A DNA stretch of 63,276 bases, the filler included, from Octopus bimaculoides (taxonomy: Eukaryota), in NCBI RefSeq assembly GCF_001194135.2. It is 3 parts of 3 records of this genome, joined end to end, with 100 filler letters (N's around TTAATTAATTAA, not from the genome) between each part and the next. Parts side by side here need not be neighbours in the genome. Positions count along the whole stretch, not along the records: positions 28,635 to 59,018 come from NC_069001.1; positions 59,119 to 63,276 come from NW_026300217.1; 1 more part is not named here. One strand, given 5' to 3'. Positions 50,153-63,276 of the stretch are shown here, piece by piece. The notes under the pieces were generated by a model, which saw only the letters and a program-made list of their open reading frames with translations, was not told the origin of the DNA and made no database searches. Each line of letters opens with the position of its first letter. Position 1 is the first letter of the stretch. The position numbers were made by a program, and so were the translations under genes.

Positions 50153-50329
50153 TCTCCATATTCTTTTCTCATGTATATTACTAATATGCTCTAAATGGTT
50201 TGTACAATGAGAAACTAAGGAGCTTTTCATGAATACTACCAGATTACTAGAATCCATATCGTGACTTATATGCATATGTGTATGTATGTATGTGCGCATG
50301 CAAATGCAAATATGTATATGCAAATACTT

Positions 50330-50361
<32 letters not shown>

Positions 50362-50758
50362 GTATATATTGATCAAAACAGTTTGACTTAAATTCCTTGG
50401 TGCTCTTGAGTTTCAAGCGGGATGCTAGTCGTCAGCCATTTTGGATTTGAATGACAGAAGTTGGTTGTTATTACGTAAGGTGAGCTGCGATTGGTCGTGA
50501 AAGGTCACACGGTGTCGTGATAACAGTTATTTGGAAAATACCACATGGTGAACAGAAAATTGACCAGGTGAAGAACAGGAAATAGACCACGTGGTGATTA
50601 GGAAATCAGCCAGGTTGTTGGGAGAAGTAGGAAGGGGCGGCATGTGCAAGTATATAGTTCTATGTGTGTGTGGTGTGTGTGTATAATATGAATGTAAGAT
50701 CCAGGGATATATATATCTTATCATATCATGTGTGTGTACATATATGTGTATGTGCGTG

Positions 50759-50804
<46 letters not shown>

Positions 50805-51619
50805 CACATGTTTTAAACACATATGTAAACACAAATTTTTTATATCCAAGACAAGGATATATAATATAATGGAGCAGGGGGGAAGAAAGTGTACACACGA
50901 CGCACTACTATTACTATTACACGAGACTCAACGCTCTATAGCAAAGGTTCACAGTGAACTGCTACCAACACGAACTCCCAATCACACACAGTTCTTTCTT
51001 TTATAACAATGAATCACTTCACCTTTTAGTCACTTGAAGGGTGGTCGGAATCCTTCCACAACAAAATGTATATATGTGTGTGTGTAGATATGATATATTA
51101 GTATTATACATATGCGTGCGCACACACATGCACCCCTTCCCTCCCACACTCACACACACACATTAATAGAAAATAAAAATGCGCTTATCTCGTATAAATG
51201 TAGTTGTTTAAGAAGTAGAACACATGAAAGATAAGAATCCCCTTATCATGCAAAAATAATCCTTTGCCGGATTTTTTTTAACTGATCAGCTGTTGCCCAG
51301 TATACACGCCTTTCCTCTCCCCGCCAGTGATATTTATCTAAGGAAAGGCCACCAACTTGGGGCGATAAAGCTGTGCCCCAATACTGTTAAAAGGCAACGA
51401 ACCAGAGTATCTTACCTAGCCCCCTAACATTTCCGCCACTCCACCGACTTTAGTACTTTTTTTATCGAAGCCAAAGAGATGAAAGATAAAACTGACTTCG
51501 GCGAAATTTGAACTCGGATTGCAACCACTTGGACCAAAAACTGCTCGACATTCTAACACTCTAACAATTATATCAACACACGCACACCAAGTGTCGAAGT
51601 GCATCCCTTGATGAAGAGT

Positions 51620-53000
51620 CTGCAGACATGAGGTAAATACCATCATGAGATTGGGAAGGCAACTACTTGACAAGCATTCCTTATTCGACAACCCTGAACT
51701 CTTACCCAAAGAAATTGCAAGACTCTACCGTAACATAACATCTGAGGAGAGGATGAATGCATTCCAGCAGAAGACCATGCATGGATATGTTAACAGAAAG
51801 CTCCAGGGTGATAACAACATTGACAGCCAGAGCAGTCTATCGTGGACAAACAATCGGGTCACCAACTCTCACTTTGAAGGGTATGCCTTTGCTATTCAAG
51901 AACAAGAAATAGCAACCAAATTCCTAATAAACAAACGGGACAGAGAGGCGGGCAAAGCGCCACAATATAATAACCGATNNNNNNNNNNNNNNNNNNNNNN
52001 NNNNNNNNNNNNNNNNNNNNNNNNNNNNNNNNNNNNNNNNNNNNNNNNNNNNNNNNNNNNNNNNNNNNNNNNNNNNNNNNNNNNNNNNNNTACAATGAAA
52101 TCCGCCGACAGGATAACCCCGGGGCTAAGAAGATGAAAACCCATAATGAGGTAGAGGCCATTACCACTCACAATATGAAAAAATATTGGTGGAATGTCCC
52201 AATAAAAACCTCAATAAAATGCAGACATAATAGACCGGATATAGTAATCTGGGACAGAGAAGAGAAACTGTGTACAGTAGTAGAAATCAGCTGTCCTGCG
52301 GATGTCAACATCATACTAAAGATTAGAGAAAAAGAGAACAACTACGTCGAGCTACTGAGAAATTTGCAGATACTCCACCCAGACTACAAGTTCAGATTCA
52401 TACCCTTGATTGTTGGGGCATTGGGATATGTAACAAACTGCCTCAGTAAAAACCTGGAAAAATTAGAGTTCTCAAAACCTGAAAGAAAAAAGCTGATTAG
52501 AAGACTACAGATTCAAGCCATCAATGGAACTGTAAAGATATGTAAAACTTTCCAAAAATTTAGCACATAAATACATAAATACATAAAACCACATCCATAA
52601 AACAAACATACAAATCTGCGCATACACTAACACCAAATACTGTACACACACACATATGCACAAATACCTAGATGATGTTGAAAAAAGTTCCAATGAAGGA
52701 GCCTTGAATCTATGTTAGAGTCCGGCTCTTTCTCTATTGACAAGAAATACAGAAATGAAACTGATTGATAACATACATACATACATGGTGTCGAATACAG
52801 ACACGTTGGCATAGACGACTCTATCCCTTATAACTTTTGGCATTGATGCAAACCTGGTAATAGAAATGATTATTTCTTTGTGTAAATGCAAAGAAACAAC
52901 CTCTTTTGAAAATATCGTAGCAATAATCAAACAGTGGAATACATACCACATGGAAAAATTACTATACATACACCATGGTGACGAATGAACCCAGAGTCAG
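51620..53000 (+). mobile_element. R4/Dong-like LINE (second subfamily), 3' part
   Basis: FEGYAFAIQEQEIATK; HNRPDIVIWD..VVEISCPADVN..KENNYVELLRNLQILHPDYKFRFIPLIVGALG. Confidence 0.85.
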
Positions 53001-53249
53001 CTATCGCAGATCGCGGAACTATCGAGAAAAATTCCAGTGGACTTTTGAACTGAACCAAAACCTATATCAGTTCTACAGAAAGGCTAGGGAAGATCCCTTG
53101 ATAGGCTATATAAAGATATTTAAAGAACATGAAGATACCTAAAGAATAAAAAATACCCAACATTCTCAAATTTTTCACCAAAACAATTACGCCGGCAAGC
53201 TACATTTGCTTAAAAGAAATATGTCACTTTACCATATGCAAGTATATAG

Positions 53250-53299
<50 letters not shown>

Positions 53300-53946
53300 N
53301 NNNNNNNNNNNNNNNNNNNNNNNNNNNNNNNNNNNNNNNNNNNNNNNNNNNNNNNNNNNNNNNNNNNNNNNNNNNNNNNNNNNNNNNNNNNNNNNNNNNN
53401 NNNNNNNNNNNNNNNNNNNNNNNNNNNNNNNNNNNNNNNNNNNNNNNNNNNNNNNNNNNNNNNNNNNNNNNNNNNNNNNNNNNNNNNNNNNNNNNNNNNN
53501 NNNNNNNNNNNNNNNNNNNNNNNNNNNNNNNNNNNNNNNNNNNNNNNNNNNNNNNNNNNNNNNNNNNNNNNNNNNNNNNNNNNNNNNNNNNNNNNNNNNN
53601 NNNNNNNNNNNNNNNNNNNNNNNNNNNNNNNNNNNNNNNNNNNNNNNNNNNNNNNNNNNNNNNNNNNNNNNNNNNNNNNNNNNNNNNNNNNNNNNNNNNN
53701 NNNNNNNNNNNNNNNNNNNNNNNNNNNNNNNNNNNNNNNNNNNNNNNNNNNNNNNNNNNNNNNNNNNNNNNNNNNNNNNNNNNNNNNNNNNNNNNNNNNN
53801 NNNNNNNNNNNNNNNNNNNNNNNNNNNNNNNNNNNNNNNNNNNNNNNNNNNNNNNNNNNNNNNNNNNNNNNNNNNNNNNNNNNNNNNNNNNNNNNNNNNN
53901 NNNNNNNNNNNNNNNNNNNNNNNNNNNNNNNNNNNNNNNNNNNNNN

Positions 53947-53978
<32 letters not shown>

Positions 53979-53989
53979 GTAAACATATA

Positions 53990-56900
53990 TTTATATAAAT
54001 GTTTTATATCAAAGACAAGGATATAAAGGTTCACAGTGAACTGCTACCAACACGAACTCCCAATCGCACACAGCCAAAATGCACAGATGATAACACCTGT
54101 ATTAACAACACAATAAACTTGTCCGCGAAGAGACTGAACAATAAACACGACCAAGACGAACACAACAACGAACCGTCACCACTACATGGAGATGCGGCAA
54201 CCAGTTATGATCTCACAAAAACAAAAAAAAGTGTGGAATATAAAACACTAAAATCGCAGCTTCACTACTTATATACATACGGCACTGCATGAGTGAATAA
54301 CACCAACACGAGTTGGGAAAAACCCCACCGACCTGATGTTATCCGTGATCGACAAAATTGCGAGAGAACAAGCGGCTCAAATCCAAGCACCTAACTTTAA
54401 GACAATAAATTTCCAGCTATATAGTGCCGCATTAACCCTGCACCAACAGATGAGAGTAAGAGAGACCGATCCAAAAAATAATACTGAGCCAAAGTGGATT
54501 ACCTCCCTCCTAAATAACATTAACGACTCAGGAAAAATGGGATAGTTGGATACTTTCATAAAATGCTAGGATAAAAATAAGTTCACGAATCCCCAGTTAC
54601 GACTCCATGATAGATTCTCCAAATTGTATAGGAACTGCGGCCGAGAAACATTCACAGGCAATCGTATCACCCTCAAACACGATCTACGAGCGGTAAGTGA
54701 AAAACTTCGTTATAGTGAAAAGTTGCATGAGCGAAAAATGATAAAACGAAAGTTTGCTCGAAACTACAAGCTGTATATCGGAGTATGAAAGGCGATATCA
54801 TCAAGGTAGTAAATATTCCTCCTTGGAAGACCTAGCGTCAATCTTGCCGGGAATTTGGAATGTAAACAAAGAACCGCAATGCAGCATGGTTAAACGACCT
54901 ACGAATTGAGTATCGTGTAAATGACTTTCCCAAAACATACAATATCACCAGTGAAACACTCCTGATGGTTATTATGATCTAAAAGTAGGATACTGGTACA
55001 AAAAGCTCATGCTCTCCAAGGAAATTCTCAAGAACTTGTTTTAAAAAATGGATGCTGAGCTAGATATACCAGATTGGCTGATGGTTGTATGGACTACTCT
55101 TATCCTCAAGAACAAAGAGACCCAATTGACAAAAACCTATAGGCCCATAGAATGCTTGAATGTTATGTAAGAATCGTACACAGGTTGTCTGAATATATTT
55201 CTCCAAGACTACTGCCAAACAAATGGCGTGATAACTGAAGAGGAAGAAAGGCGTCTAGGGCTGTACTGAACAGATCCTCCTCAACAAAGATGTCCTTAAG
55301 GAAACCAAGCAACATCACCATAATCTCTTAACAATGTGGTTAGACTACAAGAAGACGTCCGACTCTTTACCTCACTCTTGGATGATAGAATCACTACACC
55401 TTGCCAAAGTACGAGCTGCTATAGTGAATACTATTGGAAGATTGACAACAACATGGTCCACACAGTTATCACTGACAACAACTAGAGCAATACCTATTGT
55501 TACAGACAGAATTAGGCTATCAGCAGGTATATTCCAGAGTGATAGTTTATCTGTAATTTTGTTTGTGCTGGCAGAGAATCCTTTATCAGCCCTGTTATCA
55601 AAATGCCAAGGCTATATGCTGGGATGTGCTGAAAAGAATAAAATTAATGTCACATACACATTTTGTTGTTATATTTTGGTGATATGATCAACATTAGAGA
55701 CAATTAGAACTAGTTACAACATTCTCACGAGACATAGGAGTCAAGTTTGGCCAAGAAAAATGCTCATACATGATAGTCAACCGTGGAAAGATTGTCGACC
55801 AAGCAGTGAACATGTACAACAACGACTTATCTATCTCCCCTATCTTTAGTGATGAAAGTTACAAGTGCCTTGGAATCGATGAGAATGTTCCATGCATTGG
55901 TGCAGTGGCTAAAGCCAGAATAACAAAAGAGTACTTCTGTAGACTCCGGAAAATATGGAACTCAGAAGTGTCTGCATTTAACAAGACCATGTCTCACAAT
56001 GCTTTTGCAGTACCAATGCTAGTACCAACATTTGGGATATTAGACTGGACACTCACTGAGATACGCAACCTGGACATCAAAACCAGAAAAGTACTAACCA
56101 CTACCGGCAGCTTTTACTCTAAAAGTGACACCGATAGTATCTATGTGAGACGAAGTGATTGCGGTAGAGGCATAAGGTCAGTCCATATGGCCTTTGAATG
56201 TCGCATTGTATCACTCAGACAACATCTGCTGAAAAGTAAAGAAAGAAATTAGTACATTCCATGCATACTCAAAAGTGAGAGCAACAACATCTTCAGAGTT
56301 GGAGAACTACTGTGCAGGTACTCTGAGAATACAGCTGTCTCATGCAACCCAAATGAGGCTGGACAAGCCTACCTAAACAAAAATTTGGAGAAGGAGGTAT
56401 CATAACAGCAAAAAACAGTGCATAGATATATATTCCATAAGACAGAGGGCAACAACAGTATTGACAGGAACAGTAGCCTCTCCTGGATCTGTGATAGATA
56501 CATTGCATCCCACCAAAAAGAGTGTCTTCACTATCCAGGAACAAGAGATAGCTACTAAATACCCCTTAAAAATGAGACAAAGATACCACAAACCCTCCAC
56601 GTTGTGATAAAAAATGTCGGCTCTGCTATATCACCTACATCATCATCAGCTGCCCCAGAATGTCTACGAGACACTACCTGCCTCTGAGGCATGATACAGA
56701 TGCAAAGACTATTTGCAATGTTATCCGAAGGGACTACCCCACTGATGTATGCATCAAAGGCATGCGAAAATCAGCCAGCTGGTATTCAGCCTTTTAAAAC
56801 AAAGAATACTGGTTGAACACCCCAATAGAAACATCAATTCGGTTCAAACATAACGAATCTGATATTGTTCTGTGGGACAGGGAACAAAAGTTATGCACAG

Positions 56901-57200
56901 CTATAGAGGTCAGCTGTCCAGTAAATGTTAATGTATAATCAAAAGTCCAAGGAAAAGAGAACATTTATGGCAAATTAATGCAGAACTTACAGATCTTGTG
57001 CCCTGACTATGAATTCTCACTTAGGTTTTGTACTAACAAATTTGTAAAAAAAGAAAAAACAAAAGCAAAACAAAAAAAAATAACAGAAATACTCGGTTTC
57101 ACGGAGAAAGAGCAAAAGAAATCCAGTCTATTAGTGGCACAGTAAAAATTTGCAAGGCATTCCAAAGAGTGGAACAGTAAAAACATGCCAAACTTTCCTC
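53990..57200 (+). mobile_element. Near full-length degraded R4/Dong-like LINE (second subfamily)
   Basis: WLDYKKTSDSLPHSW; GIFQSDSLSVILFVLAENPLS; LDIKTRKVLT..GRGI; RLE remnant homologous to 52133-52570. Confidence 0.85.
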
Positions 57201-57481
57201 AAGTTTGAAATGTTACTGTTTTTTATTATCTACATTCCAACGATGGGGTCTTGTATCTTTGTTAGAAACCAGAGTAAGAATTCAAATGATAAAACGAAAA
57301 GAGAACATACATACATACAGAAGCAGGCGTGGCTGTGTGTTAAAAAGTTTGCTTCCCAACTACATGGTTCCGGGTTCAGTCTCACTGTGAAGCACCTTGG
57401 GTAAGTGTCTTCTCCTATAACTTCGGGCCGACCAAAGCCTTGTGAGTGGATTTGGTAGACGGAAACTGAAAGAAGCCCGTC

Positions 57482-57515
<34 letters not shown>

Positions 57516-58044
57516 CTTTGTGTCTGTGCTTGCCCCCCCCCCACCGCTTCACAACCGGTGCTGGTGTATTTATGTCTCCGTAACATAGCGGTTCGGCAAA
57601 GAGACCGATATGATAAGTACTAGGCATAAAAAATTAAGTCCTGGAGTCGGTTCGTTCGATTAACACCCTTCAAGGCAGCGATGCACCGCTATGGCCAAAG
57701 TCAAATGATTGAAACAAATAAATTTAAAAGATATACATATATCGCTTCTAATTAACGATCAGCCATTGTTGTCAAAAAAGAATGAGCAGTGCCGATGATC
57801 GTTTGCAAGACATTCAAGCCTGAAAAAATATGGGGCTTATTCCGAATGCTTGGCACCGAGTGAACATAGCTAATGACACTCAAAGGCCAGGTGATTATAC
57901 AAAGCAGAGAGACAATCCTGCCTCTGGAATTTATGCTCACAAGTGTCATGTCAACTCAACAGAAGCGAATAATGTAAAATATTCATGACCATTACTACTA
58001 AAATCAGATTAAAAACTTTAAAATATACAAAGAAATAAACGCAC

Positions 58045-58153
58045 CTTAGGAATAAATTCTGAGCAAACGCGATAAACACTTTTTACGTTAAGATCAAAAC
58101 TCGAATCCCACGATTTTTCGTCACATTCCAGCAATGTCCCGTTATGTACAAAC
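58045..58153 (-). CDS. BDH2: BDH2/DHRS6-like SDR exon (109 nt, phase 2-0)
   Basis: FVHNGTLLECDEKSWDSSFDLNVKSVYRVCSEFIPK; TCTTCTTTTCTAG acceptor, GTGCGT donor; splices in frame to 45880; not in ORF track. Confidence 0.9.
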
Positions 58154-58719
58154 CTAGAAAAGAAGAATCATCATAAAAAATATTTAAATTATGATCAAGA
58201 GGTTGTGGTTCTTTATGTATGTGCATCGGGTGCTTACCGAATTTTTAACGAATTTTTAATTGATTAATAGCGACATTACATCATTAGAAAAAACCGTTTT
58301 CATCAGGTGAATACTTGAACAGCAACATTCAAAAGCCAACATTTTGTGCAACTTCATGATTCTAACACCATTGTTGATCATAAAAATGAATTTGCTAGTT
58401 CAGTTTGATAGTATTATAGGAGAAAATAACGTGATGTCAGACGTGAATAGGAGGTAACGAAGATTTGTAGAATGAAGGAGATTAGAGGATGGGATGGGGG
58501 TATCAGATAGTGAAGCATCTCCCCACTACAATTAAGATAGAGTTAGTTTCTTTTATCTTTTACTTCTATTCGGCAAGAGGTTTTGGGGTTAAATACAAAA
58601 GGTAAGGTCACCCAGTTATTTATGTATTTATGTATTTATTTGTTGTGTACACATTTTATTCTTCCACCTGACCCGGTACCTTATCATTTAAGTGCCTGAT
58701 TCACTCAAATCTTGATCTG

Positions 58720-58750
<31 letters not shown>

Positions 58751-58928
58751 ACAAAGAATATATATACATGGATACACACATATATATGTACATACTTACA
58801 TCTACATGTGTATATATATGCATATCAGGGTACATGACGTTAGAACAATGAACTACAGACAACGGAACGAACACATAGGAAAACGGAAAGCCACTTGGAA
58901 TATCCATTCATCAGCTGTCTCTATTCTA

Positions 58929-58986
58929 ACTAGACGTTTCGAAGATAAGACAGAACGTACTCTAGAATAGTCTCTTCCTGAGTAGT
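58929..58986 (-). ncRNA. Degenerate hammerhead motif
   Basis: ACUA-CUCAGGA-AGAGAC...GUCUU.AUCUUC-GAAA-CG-UC-UAGU; G5 position is C. Confidence 0.35.
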
Positions 58987-59018
58987 GGATCAACCCACTA
59001 CACAGAGGATTCCAAGGT

Positions 59019-59118
59019 NNNNNNNNNNNNNNNNNNNNNNNNNNNNNNNNNNNNNNNNNNNNTTAATTAATTAANNNNNNNNNNNNNNNNNNNNNNNNNN
59101 NNNNNNNNNNNNNNNNNN
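59019..59118. other. Artificial 100-bp scaffold join with TTAATTAATTAA linker
   Basis: 44 N + 12 nt + 44 N. Confidence 0.9.
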
Positions 59119-59256
59119 TTATGTTTATTTATTTATGTATATCTGTATATGTCAAAGTATGCATGCATATGCATATATATGTGAATTTTTATGATTCTTA
59201 TATGTTTTTTATATGTTTATATATGTATATTGTAAATTAACTCCATGGACTTTGTA

Positions 59257-59376
59257 AATCTCTGAAGAGGCCTAGAGAGCCTTAACATGTTCCTCTATTC
59301 TCACCCATTTCCAGCTTACTGGAGTTATATAGATAGAATGAGGCATGTCACCCCTAGGTTGAAACAGCTGTAAGAC
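59257..59376 (+). ncRNA. Type I hammerhead with extended helix II (78-nt insert)
   Basis: AAUCU-CUGAAGA-GGCCUAG-[78 nt]-CUAGGUU-GAAA-CAGCUG-UA-AGAC. Confidence 0.65.
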
Positions 59377-59565
59377 ATTGCCCCTTCTTCGGTCACTAGA
59401 TGTCCTTTTAAATTTTTATTACTGATATGACATAATATGTCATATGTGTTTGTATATTGGTTTTATTGTCCTGTCCTCTTAGTTGAAAAATAAGCAGTTA
59501 AATTGACATAATACAATGTCTGCAAGTTGATGAGTACCACATATTCCCTTCCATTTTCTTATTGC

Positions 59566-59653
<88 letters not shown>

Positions 59654-60255
59654 CATATACTTATATGTGTGTGTGTGTATTCTTTTATTCTTTTACTTAT
59701 CTCTGCAGCAAGGCAGGACTTATTCTGTCAGTTTCTTTTGAACCGCGGATCTAGTTTTTTTTAAATGTGAGGGTCGTGATTGAAGGCCAACTTAGCTGTT
59801 ATTTTAAGAACATCTCATGACCAGGATACAACAGATGGGCATACGCAATAGAACACAGCGTCAACGCACGTGGCATCGCGTAGAATATATGTGTCAACAC
59901 ACGCGTTTTCTCGCTGACAAAAGAGTTCTCATGTTTGGCTTTTTACTATCGAAACAAGAATTAATGTGTCTGTGGCTTACGAATTGCTACTAACGTTTTG
60001 TATATTGATTTATAACGAAAATGATGTTGGCAACCGATGGTGATGGCGGGGACAAACACAGATACAAAACACACAAAAAATTTACATGTATCTGTATTGG
60101 AGGGGCTTCTTTCAGTTTCCGCGTCTATCAAATCCACTCATAAAGCTTTGGTTGGCTCGAGGATATAGTAGAAGCCCCTTGGCCAGCGTGGCATGTAGTG
60201 GGGCTGAAACCTGAGCCATGCGGTTGGGAAGTAAGCTTCTTACCACACAGCCATG

Positions 60256-60308
<53 letters not shown>

Positions 60309-60913
60309 GTATATACATTTTATGACGACGTGGGTTCCAGTTGATCCGATCAACGTAACAGCCTGCTCGTGAAATTAACGTGCAAGTGGCTGAGCACTCC
60401 ACAGACACGTGTACCCTTAACNNNNNNNNNNNNNNNNNNNNNNNNNNNNNNNNNNNNNNNNNNNNNNNNNNNNNNNNNNNNNNNNNNNNNNNNNNNNNNN
60501 NNNNNNNNNNNNNNNNNNNNNNNNNNNNNNNNNNNNNNNNNNNNNNNNNNNNNNNNNNNNNNNNNNNNNNNNNNNNNNNNNNNNNNNNNNNNNNNNNNNN
60601 NNNNNNNNNNNNNNNNNNNNNNNNNNNNNNNNNNNNNNNNNNNNNNNNNNNNNNNNNNNNNNNNNNNNNNNNNNNNNNNNNNNNNNNNNNNNNNNNNNNN
60701 NNNNNNNNNNNNNNNNNNNNNNNNNNNNNNNNNNNNNNNNNNNNNNNNNNNNNNNNNNNNNNNNNNNNNNNNNNNNNNNNNNNNNNNNNNNNNNNNNNNN
60801 NNNNNNNNNNNNNNNNNNNNNNNNNNNNNNNNNNNNNNNNNNNNNNNNNNNNNNNNNNNNNNNNNNNNNNNNNNNNNNNNNNNNNNNNNNNNNNNNNNNN
60901 NNNNNNNNNNNNN

Positions 60914-60944
<31 letters not shown>

Positions 60945-62461
60945 TACACACACATATATATATATATTGAGAGAGGGAGGGAGTAAAGGCGGCGCGTGGC
61001 TTAGTGGTTAGGGCATTCGACTCACGATCGTGAGTTTAATTCCTGGCGACGCGTTGTGTCCTTGAGCAAGACACTTTACTTCACGTTGTTCCAGTCCACT
61101 CAGCTGGCAAAAATGAGTAGTACCTGTATTTCAAAGGGCCAGCCTTGTCATACTCTGTGTCACTCTGAATCTCACTGAGAACTAAGTTCGGGGTACACGT
61201 CTCTGTGGAGTGCTCAGCCACTTGCACGTTAACTTCACGAGCAAGCTGTTCGGTTGATCGTATCAGCTGGGACCCTCCTCATCGTAACCGACGGAATGCT
61301 CCTATATATATATCCAACCACGTGCTTTCACATACCAACTCTCTCACCTATATATATATATATATATATNNNNNNNNNNNNNNNNNNNNNNNNNNNNNNN
61401 NNNNNNNNNNNNNNNNNNNNNNNNNNNNNNNNNNNNNNNNNNNNNNNNNNNNNNNNNNNNNNNNNNNNNNNNNNNNNNNNNNNNNNNNNNNNNNNNNNNN
61501 NNNNNNNNNNNNNNNNNNNNNNNNNNNNNNNNNNNNNNNNNNNNNNNNNNNNNNNNNNNNNNNNNNNNNNNNNNNNNNNNNNNNNNNNNNNNNNNNNNNN
61601 NNNNNNNNNNNNNNNNNNNNNNNNNNNNNNNNNNNNNNNNNNNNNNNNNNNNNNNNNNNNNNNNNNNNNNNNNNNNNNNNNNNNNNNNNNNNNNNNNNNN
61701 NNNNNNNNNNNNNNNNNNNNNNNNNNNNNNNNNNNNNNNNNNNNNNNNNNNNNNNNNNNNNNNNNNNNNNNNNNNNNNNNNNNNNNNNNNNNNNNNNNNN
61801 NNNNNNNNNNNNNNNNNNNNNNNNNNNNNNNNNNNNNNNNNNNNNNNNNNNNNNNNNNNNNNNNNNNNNNNNNNNNNNNNNNNNNNNNNNNNNNNNNNNN
61901 NNNNNNNNNNNNNNNNNNNNNNNNNNNNNNNNNNNNNNNNNNNNNNNNNNNNNNNNNNNNNNNNNNNNNNNNNNNNNNNNNNNNNNNNNNNNNNNNNNNN
62001 NNNNNNNNNNNNNNNNNNNNNNNNNNNNNNNNNNNNNNNNNNNNNNNNNNNNNNNNNNNNNNNNNNNNNNNNNNNNNNNNNNNNNNNNNNNNNNNNNNNN
62101 NNNNNNNNNNNNNNNNNNNNNNNNNNNNNNNNNNNNNNNNNNNNNNNNNNNNNNNNNNNNNNNNNNNNNNNNNNNNNNNNNNNNNNNNNNNNNNNNNNNN
62201 NNNNNNNNNNNNNNNNNNNNNNNNNNNNNNNNNNNNNNNNNNNNNNNNNNNNNNNNNNNNNNNNNNNNNNNNNNNNNNNNNNNNNNNNNNNNNNNNNNNN
62301 NNATACTACTAAGCGCTTTGTTGATGCGAAATCAATTGTCGCTCTATGACTGGCCATGGCTTTTGTCTTCCTAAAATATTCATGTACATTCACATACAAA
62401 CATACAAGCATGCATACATATCTATATATATATGCATACATAAATACATACGGCATAAATA

Positions 62462-62570
62462 TACGTTTGCATACTTGTATGTATGTCTGTATGTATGTAT
62501 GTCTGTATGTATGTCTGTATGTATGTCTGTATGTATGTATGTCTGTATGTATATCTGTATGTATGTCTGT
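62462..62570. repeat. (TATG)n/(TCTGTATG)n microsatellite
   Basis: Directly visible. Confidence 0.9.
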
Positions 62571-62579
62571 GTCAAGTTT

Positions 62580-62925
62580 TATTAAGGAAGAATGTAACGA
62601 TCGAGAAGGTGAATCACAGTGACTCTTTTTTTGTGTGCGCAGTTTGTGACAGGCCACGTCTGTCTTTTGCTGGCCTCAAATCTCATCTGCGAACGCATGG
62701 AAAACGATCCTACACCAACTATTCTGCCTATATGTTTGTGCACACCTTTGAATGCAGTGTATGCCAGAAGGTTTGCAAATCCAATGGAGGCCTCAAAAGA
62801 CATTTTAAGAACCACTAAGAGCAGAACTTATCTGCAGCCCATGGTGGTCCAAATCGGAGGTGCAATCTATGTGGGTGTCTTGTCAGAACATTGTCTGGTT
62901 TAAAAAAGCCACATCAGATGCCTTG
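62580..62925 (+). pseudogene. C2H2 zinc-finger array relic (3 fingers), probably an RTE C-terminus
   Basis: CAVCDRPRLSFAGLKSHLRTH; CSVCQKVCKSNGGLKRHFKNH*; third in-frame CNLCGCLVRTLSGLK with a +1 frameshift before SHIR; no TGEKP linkers. Confidence 0.6.
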
Positions 62926-63234
62926 ATGGCGCTAGGGTGTAGGTACAGGAGGCGGTCAAAGTCTGCATAAGGAGTAGACAACCACCATACATGTATAAGA
63001 ATGTACATAAATATTTTAGGAAGACAAGTTATGGTCGGTCATAGAGTGATCCTTGGTTTCGCATGAACGAAGTGCTTAGCAGTATAGTCGACTCTCTCTC
63101 TCTCTCTCTCTCTCTCTCCCCCTCTCTCTCTCTCTCCCCCCTCTCTCTCTCTCACACACCCACACGTACATACATACATACAAATATACATATTAAATTT
63201 GCATGAAGTTGTGTGTTATGCAAGCATGCTTGTG

Positions 63235-63276
<42 letters not shown>

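Noticed and set aside
52960-53000. GFIRHHG resembling the BDH2 FVHHG exon
   Set aside because: It lies in a LINE 3' region; the true exon was found at 58045-58153.
57740-57820. Strong AG acceptor followed by ATGGCTGATCG on the minus strand
   Set aside because: All frames hit stops quickly; there is no similarity to a known protein and no donor site.
59820-59910. CpG-rich patch with a CACGTG E-box as a possible BDH2 promoter
   Set aside because: It lies beyond a scaffold join and the intervening BDH2 5' exons were not found, so no link can be supported.

Overview
Repeat-dense, gap-rich animal genomic DNA. The SINE/LINE repertoire and microsatellite load suggest a cephalopod, probably Octopus (inference). 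Two host genes are supported. One is an intronless 307-aa class A GPCR (12665-13588, +). The other is three GT-AG exons of a BDH2/DHRS6-like short-chain dehydrogenase on the minus strand (58153-58045, 45880-45817, 34058-33945), most of which the ORF track missed. The rest is mainly decayed mobile DNA: R4/Dong-like, Hero-like, RTE, CR1/L2-like and Tx1/L1-like LINEs, Penelope-like elements, mariner relics, several SINE families and fold-back elements. The most unusual signal is non-coding: about 12 minimal type I hammerhead-ribozyme-like motifs from several unrelated sequence families, most with a palindromic helix III. Some sit inside fold-back elements. One family has a helix II extended by 78-87 nt whose pairing is kept by compensatory substitutions between two copies. 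Two 100-bp N-TTAATTAATTAA-N linkers show the window joins three scaffolds, so adjacency across them is inferred by the assembly.
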